Assembly: GCA_033764955.1 (NCBI GenBank)
Contig: JANRIL010000032.1
Location: 26,447 to 90,446, forward strand
Reading direction: 5' to 3'
Length of the DNA stretch: 64,000 bases
Source of the DNA: Cyanobacteriota bacterium
Lineage (GTDB): Bacteria; Cyanobacteriota; Cyanobacteriia; Thermostichales; Thermostichaceae
Below, piece by piece: positions 1 through 11,262 of this stretch (position 1 is its first letter; every line of letters starts with the position of its first letter). The translations under genes and the position numbers were made by a program. Below the pieces are notes generated by a model, which was given only the letters and a program-made list of their open reading frames with translations, was not told the origin of the DNA and searched no databases.

Positions 1-2
1 CC

Positions 3-914
3 GCTAATCTACATCTACTCGCTTCACTTTTAAGTGAGGAGGGCTACGATGTGCGCTGCGTTTTGACGGGATCCGCCGCTCTCATGGGATCTCAAGCCGA
101 TCCTCCCGATCTAATTCTTTTGGATATTATGATGCCACAAATGGATGGCTACCAAGTATGCCATGAGCTTAAGTCTCATGCAGTGACTCAATTGATTCCA
201 GTTATTTTTCTCAGTTCTTCAGGTGAGCTTTTTGACAAAGTTAAGGCTTTCAAGATGGGAGGAGTGGATTATATTACTAAACCATTCCAGGCAGAAGAAG
301 TCTTAGCACGTATCGAAAATCATCTCACCATCAAGCGATTACAACAACAGTTAATTCTTAAAAATCAGGAGCTGCAAATTGCCAATCAAGAGTTATTGCG
401 CTTGTCTCATCTGGATGGACTGACTCAATTAGCAAATCGTCGTCGATTTGATGATTATTTTCACCAGGAATGGAAACGGATGAGCCGCGAGCGCTCATTT
501 CTTTCTCTATTGCTGATTGATGTTGACTTTTTTAAGCGATTTAATGATCACTATGGGCATCCTGCTGGCGATCAATGTCTGCAACAGGTGGCCGATGCCC
601 TACGCCAATCTATTTTTCGCCCTAGTGACTTAGCGGCTCGTTATGGAGGAGAGGAGTTTGTTGTTGTTTTGCCCCACACCGATTCAGAAGGAATTCAGCA
701 AGTAGCTCAACGAATTCAAACCCAGCTTTATCAACAACAAATACCCCATCAACATTCTGAAGTTAGTTCATTCGTAACATTAAGTATGGGGGGCTGTTGT
801 GGGATCCCGACATCTGAGCAAGCTCCAGTCACCTGGATTGAAATAGCTGATCAACAACTTTATCAAGCTAAAAAACAAGGGCGCAACCAAATTATGATTA
901 AAAGTCTTTGCTAG
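3..914 (+). CDS. Response regulator receiver + diguanylate cyclase (PleD-like), 5' partial
   Basis: Receiver motifs DLILLDIMMP and YITKPF; DGLTQLANRR, RPSD I-site and GGEEF; the frame is open back to the window edge. Confidence 0.92.
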   Translation, partial: ANLHLLASLLSEEGYDVRCVLTGSAALMGSQADPPDLILLDIMMPQMDGYQVCHELKSHAVTQLIPVIFLSSSGELFDKVKAFKMGGVDYITKPFQAEEVLARIENHLTIKRLQQQLILKNQELQIANQELLRLSHLDGLTQLANRRRFDDYFHQEWKRMSRERSFLSLLLIDVDFFKRFNDHYGHPAGDQCLQQVADALRQSIFRPSDLAARYGGEEFVVVLPHTDSEGIQQVAQRIQTQLYQQQIPHQHSEVSSFVTLSMGGCCGIPTSEQAPVTWIEIADQQLYQAKKQGRNQIMIKSLC

Positions 915-970
915 GTATTCTAACTATTAGATTAGTTTTAGAATCCCCAACCAAAAAATTGAATTTCAGT

Positions 971-3082
971 TTATTTTCGCTTAAATACCAGCAGTGTAAT
1001 GTCATCATACACAGTTTGATCGCCAATGTGATGGCGTAGATCCTCAATGACCGCCTCTTTGATAGCTTCCGCCGATCGTTCCCAGTTATCTCTAATTACC
1101 CTACACAATCTTTCTATACCATAGAACTCTTTCTGCCGATTTTCAGCCTCTGTGATCCCGTCGGTAAAAAGAACAATACCCTCATTAATGTCTAGCTCAA
1201 TTAACTGATGGCTAATAAAATCGGCAATGTGGCTATCCATGCCAATAGGGAAACCAAGATTGATGGTATCCACTAATTCAATCTTGCCTCCCTGGCGTAT
1301 GATGATGGTTTCTTCATGCTGGCCACTAATGGTTACTTTACCCTCGAAATAGTTAAGGAGGGCAAGGGTCAAGTTTTTATCCGTATTCATTCTCTGAACA
1401 TTTTTATAGATGGTGCGGTTTAAGGCATCTAAAAACTTGATAGAGTCATACTCCTGCATCTCCTTAAGAGTTCGGACAGCGGTCTGGGTCATCAACATTA
1501 AAATACCGCTTTCCAAACCATGTCCTGTCACATCTCCAATACTAATAGTAGTGACTTCATCACCATACAAAACATCATAATAATCTCCACCCACTACCTC
1601 TGCAGGCTGCATAAAACCTGCAATATCTAAGCCTTTAATTTCTAGCTCTTTTGGTTTGGGTAAGATCATTTGTTGCATTCTTTTAATAATATCTAACTCA
1701 GCAGACATCTTCAGATTTTCTTTCTGTAATTGCTCATTAAGGTGGCTAATAGCTTGGTTTGCCACTGCCAATTCTTGAGTTCTTTCTGCTACCCTTAACT
1801 CAAGAGTGGAAAAAAATTCTTGTAGCTGACTAGACATACTATTAAATGCGATCGCCAACTTATTTAATTCCCAAATCTTACTCTGAGCAACAGTTTGATC
1901 GAAATTTCCCTGAGCCATTTTTTCAGAAGCAATCGTCAGTTGGTCGATGGGTCGGGTCAGCCACCTTGCCATAGCCAGTGCCGTAATCATGGCAATCATC
2001 AACGACACTCCACAAAGCATGATTGTGTTGCGATTATTTAGGTTAATTTCTGTTGCAAAATCAGATTCTGGAAGAGTAGTAACTATTAGCCAATCTAATC
2101 CATATTCATCCCGAAAGGGTTGAATTTTTACAAAATAGGTTTGATTTTCTATATTTAATCGCTCAAAAGTGGGTATGGCTACTAACTCAAATCCTCCATA
2201 ACGATCATATAGAAGATTAGCAATAGTTTTAGTGAGTGGGTGTTGGCTTTCTGTTACTAATACTCGCTCGGCACCGTAGTCTTTACGCTGAGATAAAAAG
2301 GGTTTTTCTCCAGTAGAGGTTGCTACTAATCCTCCTGATCGTTCAATCACAAAAGCTAAGCCTGTCTTACTTAACTTTAAATTATTTAGATAATTACTGA
2401 TGCTAGTCAGACTGAAATTCGACAGTAATACCCCACGCAATTGCTGGTTTTGATCATAAAAAGGGAGTGTAGCCCCTAAATAAGAAGTAACTCCTGCTGT
2501 ATTTGGATAAATTGGTCCCCAGGTAGCCCGCTTTGCAGAGACTGCTGCCTGATACCAAGGGCGAGTACGAGGATCAAAGGGAATTTGATGGAGAACTTTG
2601 AGATATTGACCTCTGACATCAGTAGCATAGGTATAAAACACAAATTGGGTTTCTTCGGTAGATACTCGCAGAGTTAATTGTCCATCGTCGTAGCGTTCTG
2701 AGCCAAGGTTGTGCTTATTTTCTAAGCCAACACCGACAAAAGATATCTTGGGAAACATCTGCACCTGTTGCAAAAAATAAAGCTCCAGTTGGCGCATATT
2801 TTCTAAGTCTAGTTGCCCTAGCTCAATCGCTTGGGCATTTAGGTGGTTAATATGATGGGGTAGGGCAATATACTCCCGTAAGTTGAGGGCAACCCGCTCG
2901 TTGGTCTCATCAAGCAGTGCCTCCGACAGGCGATTGATGGACTCTTGCCCATTGCGATAGGAAAAATAGCCAACTAAACTGACTGTAGCTAGTAGCAACA
3001 ATGCGAAGGGTGTGACTAGAATTGTTTTCAAAGAAATAGAACTATTAGAATCCATTCTCGATCTCCCAAAACTTCCCTGCAT
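971..3082 (-). CDS. Membrane sensor PP2C/SpoIIE phosphatase (Cache + HAMP)
   Basis: Two TM helices flanking a Cache-like domain (DPRTRPWY), a HAMP domain, and SpoIIE motifs VGGDYYD, IGDVTGHG, FTDGITEA, DDITL. Confidence 0.92.
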   Translation of the reverse strand: MQGSFGRSRMDSNSSISLKTILVTPFALLLLATVSLVGYFSYRNGQESINRLSEALLDETNERVALNLREYIALPHHINHLNAQAIELGQLDLENMRQLELYFLQQVQMFPKISFVGVGLENKHNLGSERYDDGQLTLRVSTEETQFVFYTYATDVRGQYLKVLHQIPFDPRTRPWYQAAVSAKRATWGPIYPNTAGVTSYLGATLPFYDQNQQLRGVLLSNFSLTSISNYLNNLKLSKTGLAFVIERSGGLVATSTGEKPFLSQRKDYGAERVLVTESQHPLTKTIANLLYDRYGGFELVAIPTFERLNIENQTYFVKIQPFRDEYGLDWLIVTTLPESDFATEINLNNRNTIMLCGVSLMIAMITALAMARWLTRPIDQLTIASEKMAQGNFDQTVAQSKIWELNKLAIAFNSMSSQLQEFFSTLELRVAERTQELAVANQAISHLNEQLQKENLKMSAELDIIKRMQQMILPKPKELEIKGLDIAGFMQPAEVVGGDYYDVLYGDEVTTISIGDVTGHGLESGILMLMTQTAVRTLKEMQEYDSIKFLDALNRTIYKNVQRMNTDKNLTLALLNYFEGKVTISGQHEETIIIRQGGKIELVDTINLGFPIGMDSHIADFISHQLIELDINEGIVLFTDGITEAENRQKEFYGIERLCRVIRDNWERSAEAIKEAVIEDLRHHIGDQTVYDDITLLVFKRK

Positions 3083-3227
3083 CTAGGTTGCCTTTTTAGC
3101 TACGCTTTAGTATTACAAACAGAACTATTGCTCACAAACCCGAGTTAATTTCTTAAAAGATGTTAGATATTAATATCACTTTTCTAGATTGAGGTAGCCC
3201 ACTCTTAGATGGAAAAAATCCTGAGCA

Positions 3228-6200
3228 TTACATAAACTTCTCAAGACTCTTTCGATGTTTCGAAGTGGCAGCAATTAGATTAAGCGTTTTAATAGGGGAT
3301 TGAGTGGGGTCAATCAAATCTAGCTTAGAGAGATAGTCGTTGTAGGTGTAGAATTGATATCCTAACCCTGCCAAAAATTCGGCTGACTCTCCTCCTGTTG
3401 ACTGACCCGCATGGAGATTTTCAAATAAAATAATTGGCTGACAAGTTTGCAACATCTGTCGGGATCCCTTAAAAATGGCTAGCTCAGCTCCCTCAGCATC
3501 TACCTTGAGCAGGTCAACCGACATTCTCCCGTTTTGTTGCCAGAGAGTGTCCAAAGTTAGCAAAGGAACCTTATAGCTACGCTGATGTTCGGCAACCTCA
3601 TTTTCAGTAACTACTCGGTTGAAAACACTTGCTTCTTCAGCCAACAAAAATATCTCTCCATCCTCTTGACCCGCTGCTGATTCAATCACAGTGACACAGT
3701 TTTCTAACTGATTAAGCTGAATGGTTTGACGTAGGCAATTCACACAATTAGAGGTAGGTTCTATGGCATAAACCTGACCCAAAGGAGACACAAGGCGAGC
3801 GGCTAAAAACGTATAAGCTCCAACATTAGCACCAACATCAATGACAGTCATTCCTGGCTGTAAGTATTCTTGACAAAAGCGGATTTCACCTTCGAACCAA
3901 TGCCCAATTGCTAATAAAACCCGCGTAACAATGCTATTCAGAGATGGCTCTAACGCCAATCGGTAATTTTCATAAGTAATGATAGGTAACTGTACTTGTG
4001 TTAACTGACCGAATGACTTGAGAATTATTTGCTTGGCGAGGCATAACCGCTCTAGATCAGGATGAGTTACCAAAAGTTGCTGAATATGAAATAACCCTTC
4101 TATTTGTCCCTGAGCGCATTGATGGAGAGCCAAAATAAGTCGTGCCTGCTGATCCTGAGGTTGTAAATCAGCAAGTAGTTGCCAAAAACGCAGTGATTCG
4201 GGGCGATAAACAACACCACTATGCTCAGCTAGCCAACGACTTAATATCACCATAAAAGACAGCTGTTCAGTCATTTTGGCTGATGATAAACTCTGGACAA
4301 GCTGTGTAGGCAACCAAACCAGTTGATGAGTCAATTCCTCTACGCTCCCACGCAGTTCCTCAGGTTTATGGATCAAAAGTTCAAATAACTGTCCAGCCAG
4401 ATTGAATGCTTGGTTACGTTGACCAATTACCAATAATCCATGAATTTGATTCATCCAAGCACAAAAATAATACGGATCCTTTCTGAGACTACGCCTCCAA
4501 TTGACTAATGCTAATTCCCAATATCTCAGCCGTAGGGATCCCGTCCAGGCATTGTCAATCTTTCGGACGTTATCAAGAGCTAATTGATTCCAATGTTGAG
4601 CCGAGTAATCTAACAAATATTCTTTGCAAAATTGCTCCTCTTGAATGGGTTCTCTCTTAGCTATAGCTTTATACACAGATTCAAGCAGTCGAGAGAATTC
4701 TCGACTATTCCAAACAACTGAACTACGATAAGAATCCTGAATCTTTTGTTTGATTTGTTTGAGCAGATTGGGCTGTTCAGCTATCTGGATTCCTCGTTGG
4801 ATATATTCTTCAATCGACCACGTAATACATTCGTCAAGTCCTATATTTTTGAGCAAACTATAGCTCATTCGTCCATAATAATGCTGCCCCACCTTGGTTA
4901 AGATCGGGATCCCCATATAGAGAGCTTCGAGAGTATGGGTTGCTCCAGTATAGGGGAAAGTGTCTAAGATTAAATCAAAAGCAGGAAGTTGTCCTCGATG
5001 CTCTTCGGCATGAATAGTCGTCTGCAAGAAACGCACACGATTTTCTATCCCTTTTGTCTTTGCTTGGGATAAGTATAGATCCATAACTGAGGCAATCTCT
5101 CCGGTTCCTTTGATAACCAGTAGGGAGTGAGGCACCTGTTTAAGAATTTCTAGCTGGGCATCAATACACTCGACCGTTCGTTTGCGAGCGTTGGCTGCTG
5201 TTAAGAGCAAAATTGTTTTGTCGTTTGCCCCTAATGCTTGACGAATTTCTTGACGAGAACTTGCAGTAACCACAAGACTATCTACACAAGCATAAGTGCT
5301 CAAGCGAATAATTTTTTCTCGAAAATCCTGCTGGGATCCCTCTCGCAAAACGTATGGATCAGCAAAGCAATAGTCAATTTCTGGCAACCCAGGGGAATCT
5401 CCACCCAACCAACTAATTTGAATAGGGGCTAGCCGCATAGCAACAAGGTTACACCCCTGCTGACTGGTAACGGAATCTAGATAAACCAATATATCCAATT
5501 GATCCGATCGAATTCTTTTCACCATATCCGATGTCTCACCAGTTAAATGATGGAACTGATGAGTTGATCGATTAAGAGTTTGATAAACAAGATCAGTTTC
5601 CAGAGCTTTGGGATCCCTGATTGGATGGTAGTAGTAACAATAAATTTCCACTGATTCAGATCGGTGATTAGCAATCGTCTGATAGCTGAGAAATCCAACA
5701 GAATGTCTATGGAAAGTGCTACTTAAGTAGCCAATTTTTAGAGGTTTAGATAAGCTAGTTTTGTCTATTGGCTTTGGTTCACTGTTAGTCTTCCAATCTA
5801 AATTTTCATTTTTTGCTCGATAATACAGGCACTCACTAAATTTCTGACCTCCCACTTGCAAAAATGACCTTAACATAGCTTGATCATCCATAATATATGA
5901 CCAAAATGCCGAGGAAACAATTAACATACAACTCAACAAATAAACTTCATTCCAATTGCTTTGATTGATGGTAGTTTGAGCTAATTCTTGAATAGGATAG
6001 ATTTCGATAATAAGGCTAACAATACTCTTTACCTTTTCAGATTGAGCTGCTTGTGAATAATAGTTAGCTGCTTCCATTAATGCTCGTATTTGAGAGATAC
6101 AACCTCTCTCAAATAAATAAGCTATTTTCTCTAAACTTTCTCCCAAGATAGAATATCCCCGATTGGCGGAACGGTAAAGAAGCTGCTCCGCCAAAGTCTT

Positions 6201-7010
6201 TGTTTGTCCGCTGAGCAAATCCTCAAAATTCCACATCAAATGATACTGTAGGGACTTTTCTGGAAGGTAGAAAGCGGCTATCTGGGATAGTATGGCGGAT
6301 AGGGATCCCCGTTCATGGGGGCTAACAGCTTGAACGATTCCCATGCCCAATTCAAAAAAAGCTTCATCATAACCATGATTCAGGAGAAAGCTAAGGGCTT
6401 GCTGAGCAACTAAGTTATCAAGAAATGGAAATGGGGAGGGTTGGTGAGCAAGGGCTTCTAAAGCTGCTTGTAAATAGATAGAAAGAGAGAATTCCTGTTC
6501 TGCTTTTCCATAAACAAGCATCAAAGTCAAAATATTATTAACATTATTAGGATCCAATTCAAAAATGATCTCTCGAATAGGAATGGACAAGGAGGGTTGT
6601 AGTGCTTGATCAAAAGATTTGGCAGATTCAGTCAAAAAGTTACATAAGGTTTGCTGATTCAGATCAAATCGTAGGGTATCTACAAGATTAGGGCGACTTA
6701 AACGATCGCTGTCAATAGAATCAAATAACAGGTTTTGAATAAGGGCATAGGCTATTTGTATTTTTTCTCCTTGAAGGAGGGCGAAGATTACCCGTTGGCT
6801 TGCCTTTAGAAAGCTTTCAGGAGGGATCCCTGAGAGAACCAAATCCTCTCCTTCTACCAGATACAGCAAGATCATTTGCCACTCAGTTGACGTTAAATCA
6901 AGCGGCAAATCACTAACCCATTCCCAAAATACTTGGCTGGAGTCCATAAAGGCTGCCTTACCCTGGTTAAGCAAACTTTCGGTTAGCCTTAAGGTCATTG
7001 GATTCCTCAA
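3228..7010 (-). CDS. GT41 (OGT/SPINDLY-like) glycosyltransferase fused to a C-terminal FkbM-family methyltransferase
   Basis: GT41 motifs LKIGYLSSTFHRHSVG, RLAPIQISWLG, LDTFPYTGATHTLEALYMG; FkbM motifs VIDVGANVG, AIEP, LLKVDAEGAE. Confidence 0.88.
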   Translation of the reverse strand: MRNPMTLRLTESLLNQGKAAFMDSSQVFWEWVSDLPLDLTSTEWQMILLYLVEGEDLVLSGIPPESFLKASQRVIFALLQGEKIQIAYALIQNLLFDSIDSDRLSRPNLVDTLRFDLNQQTLCNFLTESAKSFDQALQPSLSIPIREIIFELDPNNVNNILTLMLVYGKAEQEFSLSIYLQAALEALAHQPSPFPFLDNLVAQQALSFLLNHGYDEAFFELGMGIVQAVSPHERGSLSAILSQIAAFYLPEKSLQYHLMWNFEDLLSGQTKTLAEQLLYRSANRGYSILGESLEKIAYLFERGCISQIRALMEAANYYSQAAQSEKVKSIVSLIIEIYPIQELAQTTINQSNWNEVYLLSCMLIVSSAFWSYIMDDQAMLRSFLQVGGQKFSECLYYRAKNENLDWKTNSEPKPIDKTSLSKPLKIGYLSSTFHRHSVGFLSYQTIANHRSESVEIYCYYYHPIRDPKALETDLVYQTLNRSTHQFHHLTGETSDMVKRIRSDQLDILVYLDSVTSQQGCNLVAMRLAPIQISWLGGDSPGLPEIDYCFADPYVLREGSQQDFREKIIRLSTYACVDSLVVTASSRQEIRQALGANDKTILLLTAANARKRTVECIDAQLEILKQVPHSLLVIKGTGEIASVMDLYLSQAKTKGIENRVRFLQTTIHAEEHRGQLPAFDLILDTFPYTGATHTLEALYMGIPILTKVGQHYYGRMSYSLLKNIGLDECITWSIEEYIQRGIQIAEQPNLLKQIKQKIQDSYRSSVVWNSREFSRLLESVYKAIAKREPIQEEQFCKEYLLDYSAQHWNQLALDNVRKIDNAWTGSLRLRYWELALVNWRRSLRKDPYYFCAWMNQIHGLLVIGQRNQAFNLAGQLFELLIHKPEELRGSVEELTHQLVWLPTQLVQSLSSAKMTEQLSFMVILSRWLAEHSGVVYRPESLRFWQLLADLQPQDQQARLILALHQCAQGQIEGLFHIQQLLVTHPDLERLCLAKQIILKSFGQLTQVQLPIITYENYRLALEPSLNSIVTRVLLAIGHWFEGEIRFCQEYLQPGMTVIDVGANVGAYTFLAARLVSPLGQVYAIEPTSNCVNCLRQTIQLNQLENCVTVIESAAGQEDGEIFLLAEEASVFNRVVTENEVAEHQRSYKVPLLTLDTLWQQNGRMSVDLLKVDAEGAELAIFKGSRQMLQTCQPIILFENLHAGQSTGGESAEFLAGLGYQFYTYNDYLSKLDLIDPTQSPIKTLNLIAATSKHRKSLEKFM

Positions 7011-7081
7011 TAGTAAGAAAGTGGTGAGAATGTTAGCTTGCTAAAAGAAAGCCAATCTGAGAAATTTCGCAAAACTATTTT

Positions 7082-7654
7082 CTACTTATCGTTGATAATA
7101 AAATCACTTGCGGTAAAGTTCCAATCTCCTCGAATATTTCCTGTCGATGTTTGCCAAGTACCTATAATGGTGTTCCGATCCTCAGAAAAGCGACCCTGAT
7201 AAAGACCATGCGCCAAGCCTGCTGGATAATGCCACCAAATTCCACTGACTTGATCCAAATCCTTTTGCTTCAGCTCCAAAATATAAACACCATCTTGACC
7301 AGTAGCTAACCGGAATATGATTTGTTCTGCGCTTCGGGTCATCAGTGCTTTAGCCTGAAAGTTAACCTGTTGCTCATTTTCAACAGATGTCCAGGTTGTG
7401 TCATATTCCCTAATGATTAAAGGGGATCCCACTTGAGCTGGGTTATCAATGATGTTTTCTGGTAATGGAGACTTTCTGCTCTTATTTTGTATTGAAACAA
7501 CGGTCGCAAAACCAGAACCAAGGGTTGCTCCTAGAGATAATAACCTAATCAGCCAGTTGGGAGCGGCCAAAAAAACAACCGAAGAGCATAGGGCTGCGGC
7601 ACCCGCACCAAACTGAAGCCAAAACTGCTGAGGTAATGTAGGATAGTCTGACAT
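7082..7654 (-). CDS. Hypothetical membrane protein
   Basis: 190-aa ORF co-oriented between the two GT41 genes; two N-terminal hydrophobic segments and a beta-rich C-terminus. Confidence 0.6.
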   Translation of the reverse strand: MSDYPTLPQQFWLQFGAGAAALCSSVVFLAAPNWLIRLLSLGATLGSGFATVVSIQNKSRKSPLPENIIDNPAQVGSPLIIREYDTTWTSVENEQQVNFQAKALMTRSAEQIIFRLATGQDGVYILELKQKDLDQVSGIWWHYPAGLAHGLYQGRFSEDRNTIIGTWQTSTGNIRGDWNFTASDFIINDK

Positions 7655-7715
7655 TGGGATCCCGTTCTAATTACTAAAAGAAACCTATTAAGGTCAGCGA
7701 AGTAAATCATCAAGC

Positions 7716-10121
7716 TTAACTGGATGACAGTGGATGTGATCCAGCAAAAGTATACTCATCAAACGGCATCCCCAGAGCCAAATGGTGATAGACGTTTTCC
7801 AGAACTTGACAGAATCCGACCGGATCCCAAATCACAGAGTTTGGATAAGAAGCTTTTACTTTTGCTTTCACATTATCGAGTAAATTGGGTTCAGAAGCGA
7901 GACGAACAGCCTGAGCAATATAATCATCGACACTCCAAGTAATACATTCTTCCAGTTGAATATTCTTTAGTAAACTGTAGCTCATTCGTCCATAATAATG
8001 CCTACCTACTTTGGTTAAAACAGGTACTCCCATATAGAGAGCCTCCATTGTATGGGTTGCTCCGGTATAAGGGAAGGTATCTAAAATCAAGTCGAAAGCA
8101 GGTAGTTGACCTCGATGATCTGCCTGGTAAGTGGCAGTCTCCAAAAATCTAAGTCTATCGCTAACTCCCAAAGTCTCCGCCTTCTCCTTATAGGTTTCTA
8201 TCACGGCAGCAATTTCGCCAATCCCCTTAACCACCAAAACTCCATGAGGTACTTGTCGCAGGATCTCTAATTGAGCTTTGATACACTCTTGAGTTCGTTT
8301 GGTAGCATTAGCAGCTGTTAAAAACACAACATTTTCATCCGTTGCCTTTAATTGTTGCCTAACAAGTTGTCTATCAACAGGATTTACCGGAAAACCACTC
8401 GTACAAGCATACGTGGGTAGCCTGATAATCTTTTCTCGATACTCAGCTTGGGATCCCTCTGCCAGCACATATGGATCGGCAAAGCAGTAATCAATTTCAG
8501 GTAGACCAGGGGAATCTCCTCCCAGCCAACTGATCTGGATAGGAGCAAGTCGCAGAGCAGTCAGAAGACAACCACTGTGGCTAGTCATAGTATCCATGTA
8601 AATCAATATATCTAAGCCATCTGATCTAATCATCTCAGCAAAGCTCAGCAACTCTCCATTCATTACACAAAACTGATGGGAATTTTCTTGAATTTCTCTG
8701 TAAATATAATCATTTAGAGCAAGTTCTCTGTTTTGTATTCCTTCATAGTAATAGCAATAAGTCTGTACTTTAGTAGGGTCATGAGCAATAATGGTCTGAT
8801 AGCTTAACATGCCGACAGAATGAGAGTGGAAGGCATTAGATAAGTAACCGATTTTCAAAGGTCTGGCCGGATATAATTTTTCTCTAATCCTGTCAAACGA
8901 TTGATATTGATGCCATGTCATTTCCCGCTGATTTGCCTTAAACTGTATACATCTACTAAATAGATTTCCCCCCTCCTGCAAAAACGCTCTTAATCGACTT
9001 TGATCATCACTTAAATAAGACCAAAATGTTGATATTCTCATGAGAAATACACAAGATAAAGCATAAACCTCCTGCCAGTTCTCCTGATCGATGGTTAAAT
9101 AGCTTAGATCCTTCACCGGATAAAGATGGAGCAAATAGTTAAGTATGGATTTCACTCTTTCTAATTGCCCAGCTTGCAAAAAATAATTGGCTGACTCAGA
9201 TAGGAGATGAACTTGGTTAGAATAGCCATTCTCAAAGACTAGCGCGATTTTTTCTAGAGACTCACCCAAGATTGAGTATCCCTTGTTAGCTGAACGATAG
9301 AATAGACCTCTAATGATTCGGCTAACATTTTGACTCAGCAAATCATCAAGGATCCACAATCCACTATAATCAGTTATTCGATGAGGACTGTAAAAAGTGG
9401 CAAGTTGGGACAACACAGCATAGAAGCACTCTTGCTCTCGATCTTGATGACTGCAAAATCTAGCAATAGCTGTTGCCAAATCAAAAAAGAATTCGTCATA
9501 GCACTTGTCAAGTAGATATCTCACTGAATGTTGAAGAATTCCATCGGATAAGATTGATATCTCTTTGTTTTGAGTGTGAAGCGCCTCAATAGCAGCATTC
9601 AAATAAACAGAAATAGAAAACTCATCATTAGCTTCAGCATGATGCAACATGAGTAATAAGTTATTATGAATATCAAACGGATCTAACTCAAACACTAAGT
9701 TGCGAAGCAAAATTGCCAAAAACTTCAGAGATGCTGTACCATCGATTGAGCTAGCTGTTTCCTTCAAGTAATCTATTAGTTTTGATTTCGATATCAAATA
9801 AATTTCGTTTTCACTTTCACTCTGCGGGCAATCCTTTGTCAAGGCATGGCTCAATAGATAAGCTAAGCGTATATTCCCAGATTCCAAATGGTAGAGAATA
9901 CTTTCAGAAAAAGCCTCAAAATAGCTAGTGGGTTCTGACAAGCCTTTGCTTTGTGGCTCTGTTTTTTGTCCGGCTATTTCAATTAACAACTGTTGCCACT
10001 GTCTTGGGCTAAAGTCAGCAGGCAAGTCAAGTATCCATCTGTGAAATGATTCTGATGACTCAGTAATGGCTGCCTGGGCTTGCGTCCAAAGTATCTCTGA
10101 TGATTGAAAAGAGGTTGACAT
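7716..10121 (-). CDS. GT41 (OGT/SPINDLY-like) glycosyltransferase
   Basis: LKIGYLSNAFHSHSVG, RLAPIQISWLGGDSPG, LDTFPYTGATHTMEALYMG; paralogous to 3228..7010. Confidence 0.88.
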   Translation of the reverse strand: MSTSFQSSEILWTQAQAAITESSESFHRWILDLPADFSPRQWQQLLIEIAGQKTEPQSKGLSEPTSYFEAFSESILYHLESGNIRLAYLLSHALTKDCPQSESENEIYLISKSKLIDYLKETASSIDGTASLKFLAILLRNLVFELDPFDIHNNLLLMLHHAEANDEFSISVYLNAAIEALHTQNKEISILSDGILQHSVRYLLDKCYDEFFFDLATAIARFCSHQDREQECFYAVLSQLATFYSPHRITDYSGLWILDDLLSQNVSRIIRGLFYRSANKGYSILGESLEKIALVFENGYSNQVHLLSESANYFLQAGQLERVKSILNYLLHLYPVKDLSYLTIDQENWQEVYALSCVFLMRISTFWSYLSDDQSRLRAFLQEGGNLFSRCIQFKANQREMTWHQYQSFDRIREKLYPARPLKIGYLSNAFHSHSVGMLSYQTIIAHDPTKVQTYCYYYEGIQNRELALNDYIYREIQENSHQFCVMNGELLSFAEMIRSDGLDILIYMDTMTSHSGCLLTALRLAPIQISWLGGDSPGLPEIDYCFADPYVLAEGSQAEYREKIIRLPTYACTSGFPVNPVDRQLVRQQLKATDENVVFLTAANATKRTQECIKAQLEILRQVPHGVLVVKGIGEIAAVIETYKEKAETLGVSDRLRFLETATYQADHRGQLPAFDLILDTFPYTGATHTMEALYMGVPVLTKVGRHYYGRMSYSLLKNIQLEECITWSVDDYIAQAVRLASEPNLLDNVKAKVKASYPNSVIWDPVGFCQVLENVYHHLALGMPFDEYTFAGSHPLSSS

Positions 10122-10369
10122 AAGGTAAGGAGGGTAAAACAGTTTCAGATAACCCTAAGCATAAAAGTCTCAAACCCCCGTAGGCTAGAGTCAGGTTGGA
10201 TCTTCCATAGATTCGCCATTTCTAGAGTAAGTCCAGTAGTGAGGTTTGCTTCCTCCATTCTTAACCTACGCACGTTTTCTCTGTGGTGTCACTCCGCCAA
10301 ATGGCGTAAAGTTTTACCAAAAATCAGCGATGTTACTGAGATAGCGATGATATCAATCGCCGGGATTGG

Positions 10370-10376
10370 GGGTAAG
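10370..10376 (+). promoter_or_regulatory. Putative SigF-type promoter element (GGGTAA) upstream of the pilin gene
   Basis: GGGTAAG about 50 nt before the pilin start; matches the SigF element known at cyanobacterial pilA1 promoters, but is a short motif. Confidence 0.45.
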
Positions 10377-10425
10377 TTAGGTCTGGCAGGATACTGCTTA
10401 CTGAACTAAATCCATAGGAAACAAC

Positions 10426-10965
10426 ATGAGCGCTAAGTCTCGTAACTCTCTTTTCCGTGCCAAGCTTGCTCAGCACATGCTCCAGCAAGCCAAAGGCTTT
10501 ACCCTGATTGAATTGTTGGTTGTGATCGTGATCGTCGGCGTTTTGTCTGCTGTTGCGATTCCTACCTTCTTAAACCAAGTTCGCCGCTCTCGTACTGCTG
10601 AAGCCCAAGCCGCTCTGACCGCAGTTAGCCGTGGCGCTGAAGCTTATCGCTTAGACACTACCTTCTTCCCTAAAGGCTACAGTGACATTGAATTTGGCTG
10701 TGTGGGTGCTGGTGTTTCCTCCTGCGGTGCTAAGGGCGACAAGTTTATGAATGACCCCTGGAGTGCTCCTAATTATCAAACTCCTGTTGCCTCTGTACAA
10801 ACCCAGTCTTCTCTAAGATGGGATACCACTGCTAATGCTGCTTCTACTGCTTTTGTGAATGCCTCTGGTATTCCTATTCAGTGTGCTGTTGGTCTAGGTT
10901 CTGAAGAGTCTGTGGTTGCCACTACTGAATTCTACGTTGGCAAGAGCTGCAACGTGTTTGACTAA
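10426..10965 (+). CDS. pilA: Type IV pilin (likely major pilin)
   Basis: Class III signal G|FTLIELLVVIVIVGVLSAVAIP, C-terminal Cys pair, own terminator. Confidence 0.92.
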   Translation: MSAKSRNSLFRAKLAQHMLQQAKGFTLIELLVVIVIVGVLSAVAIPTFLNQVRRSRTAEAQAALTAVSRGAEAYRLDTTFFPKGYSDIEFGCVGAGVSSCGAKGDKFMNDPWSAPNYQTPVASVQTQSSLRWDTTANAASTAFVNASGIPIQCAVGLGSEESVVATTEFYVGKSCNVFD

Positions 10966-11013
10966 TTTTTTGATTGCCTAGACATCATTTTGTTTAGAAA
11001 GTTTATTTTCATG

Positions 11014-11036
11014 GCTCCCTCCGTGGGAGCTTTTTT
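11014..11036 (+). terminator. Intrinsic terminator after pilin 1
   Basis: GCTCCC-tccgt-GGGAGC followed by T6. Confidence 0.75.
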
Positions 11037-11262
11037 AACGACTATCTCCTAATGAGATTGAGCAAAAATGGATTGATGTAGAGTGAATTTCAATAAAATG
11101 TTGTGATTTACACTTTGATTTTTTTGCTAGGTTTATACTATTAATAGAGTATCTAGACTAAGTCTTACTGTCCTCGTTTATTTCCAAGCGTTGCCCACCA
11201 TAATTTTGCTTGAGAACCTTAATTAAGACATCGAGTTTAATAGTCTAATGAAGGAGTTTAGG

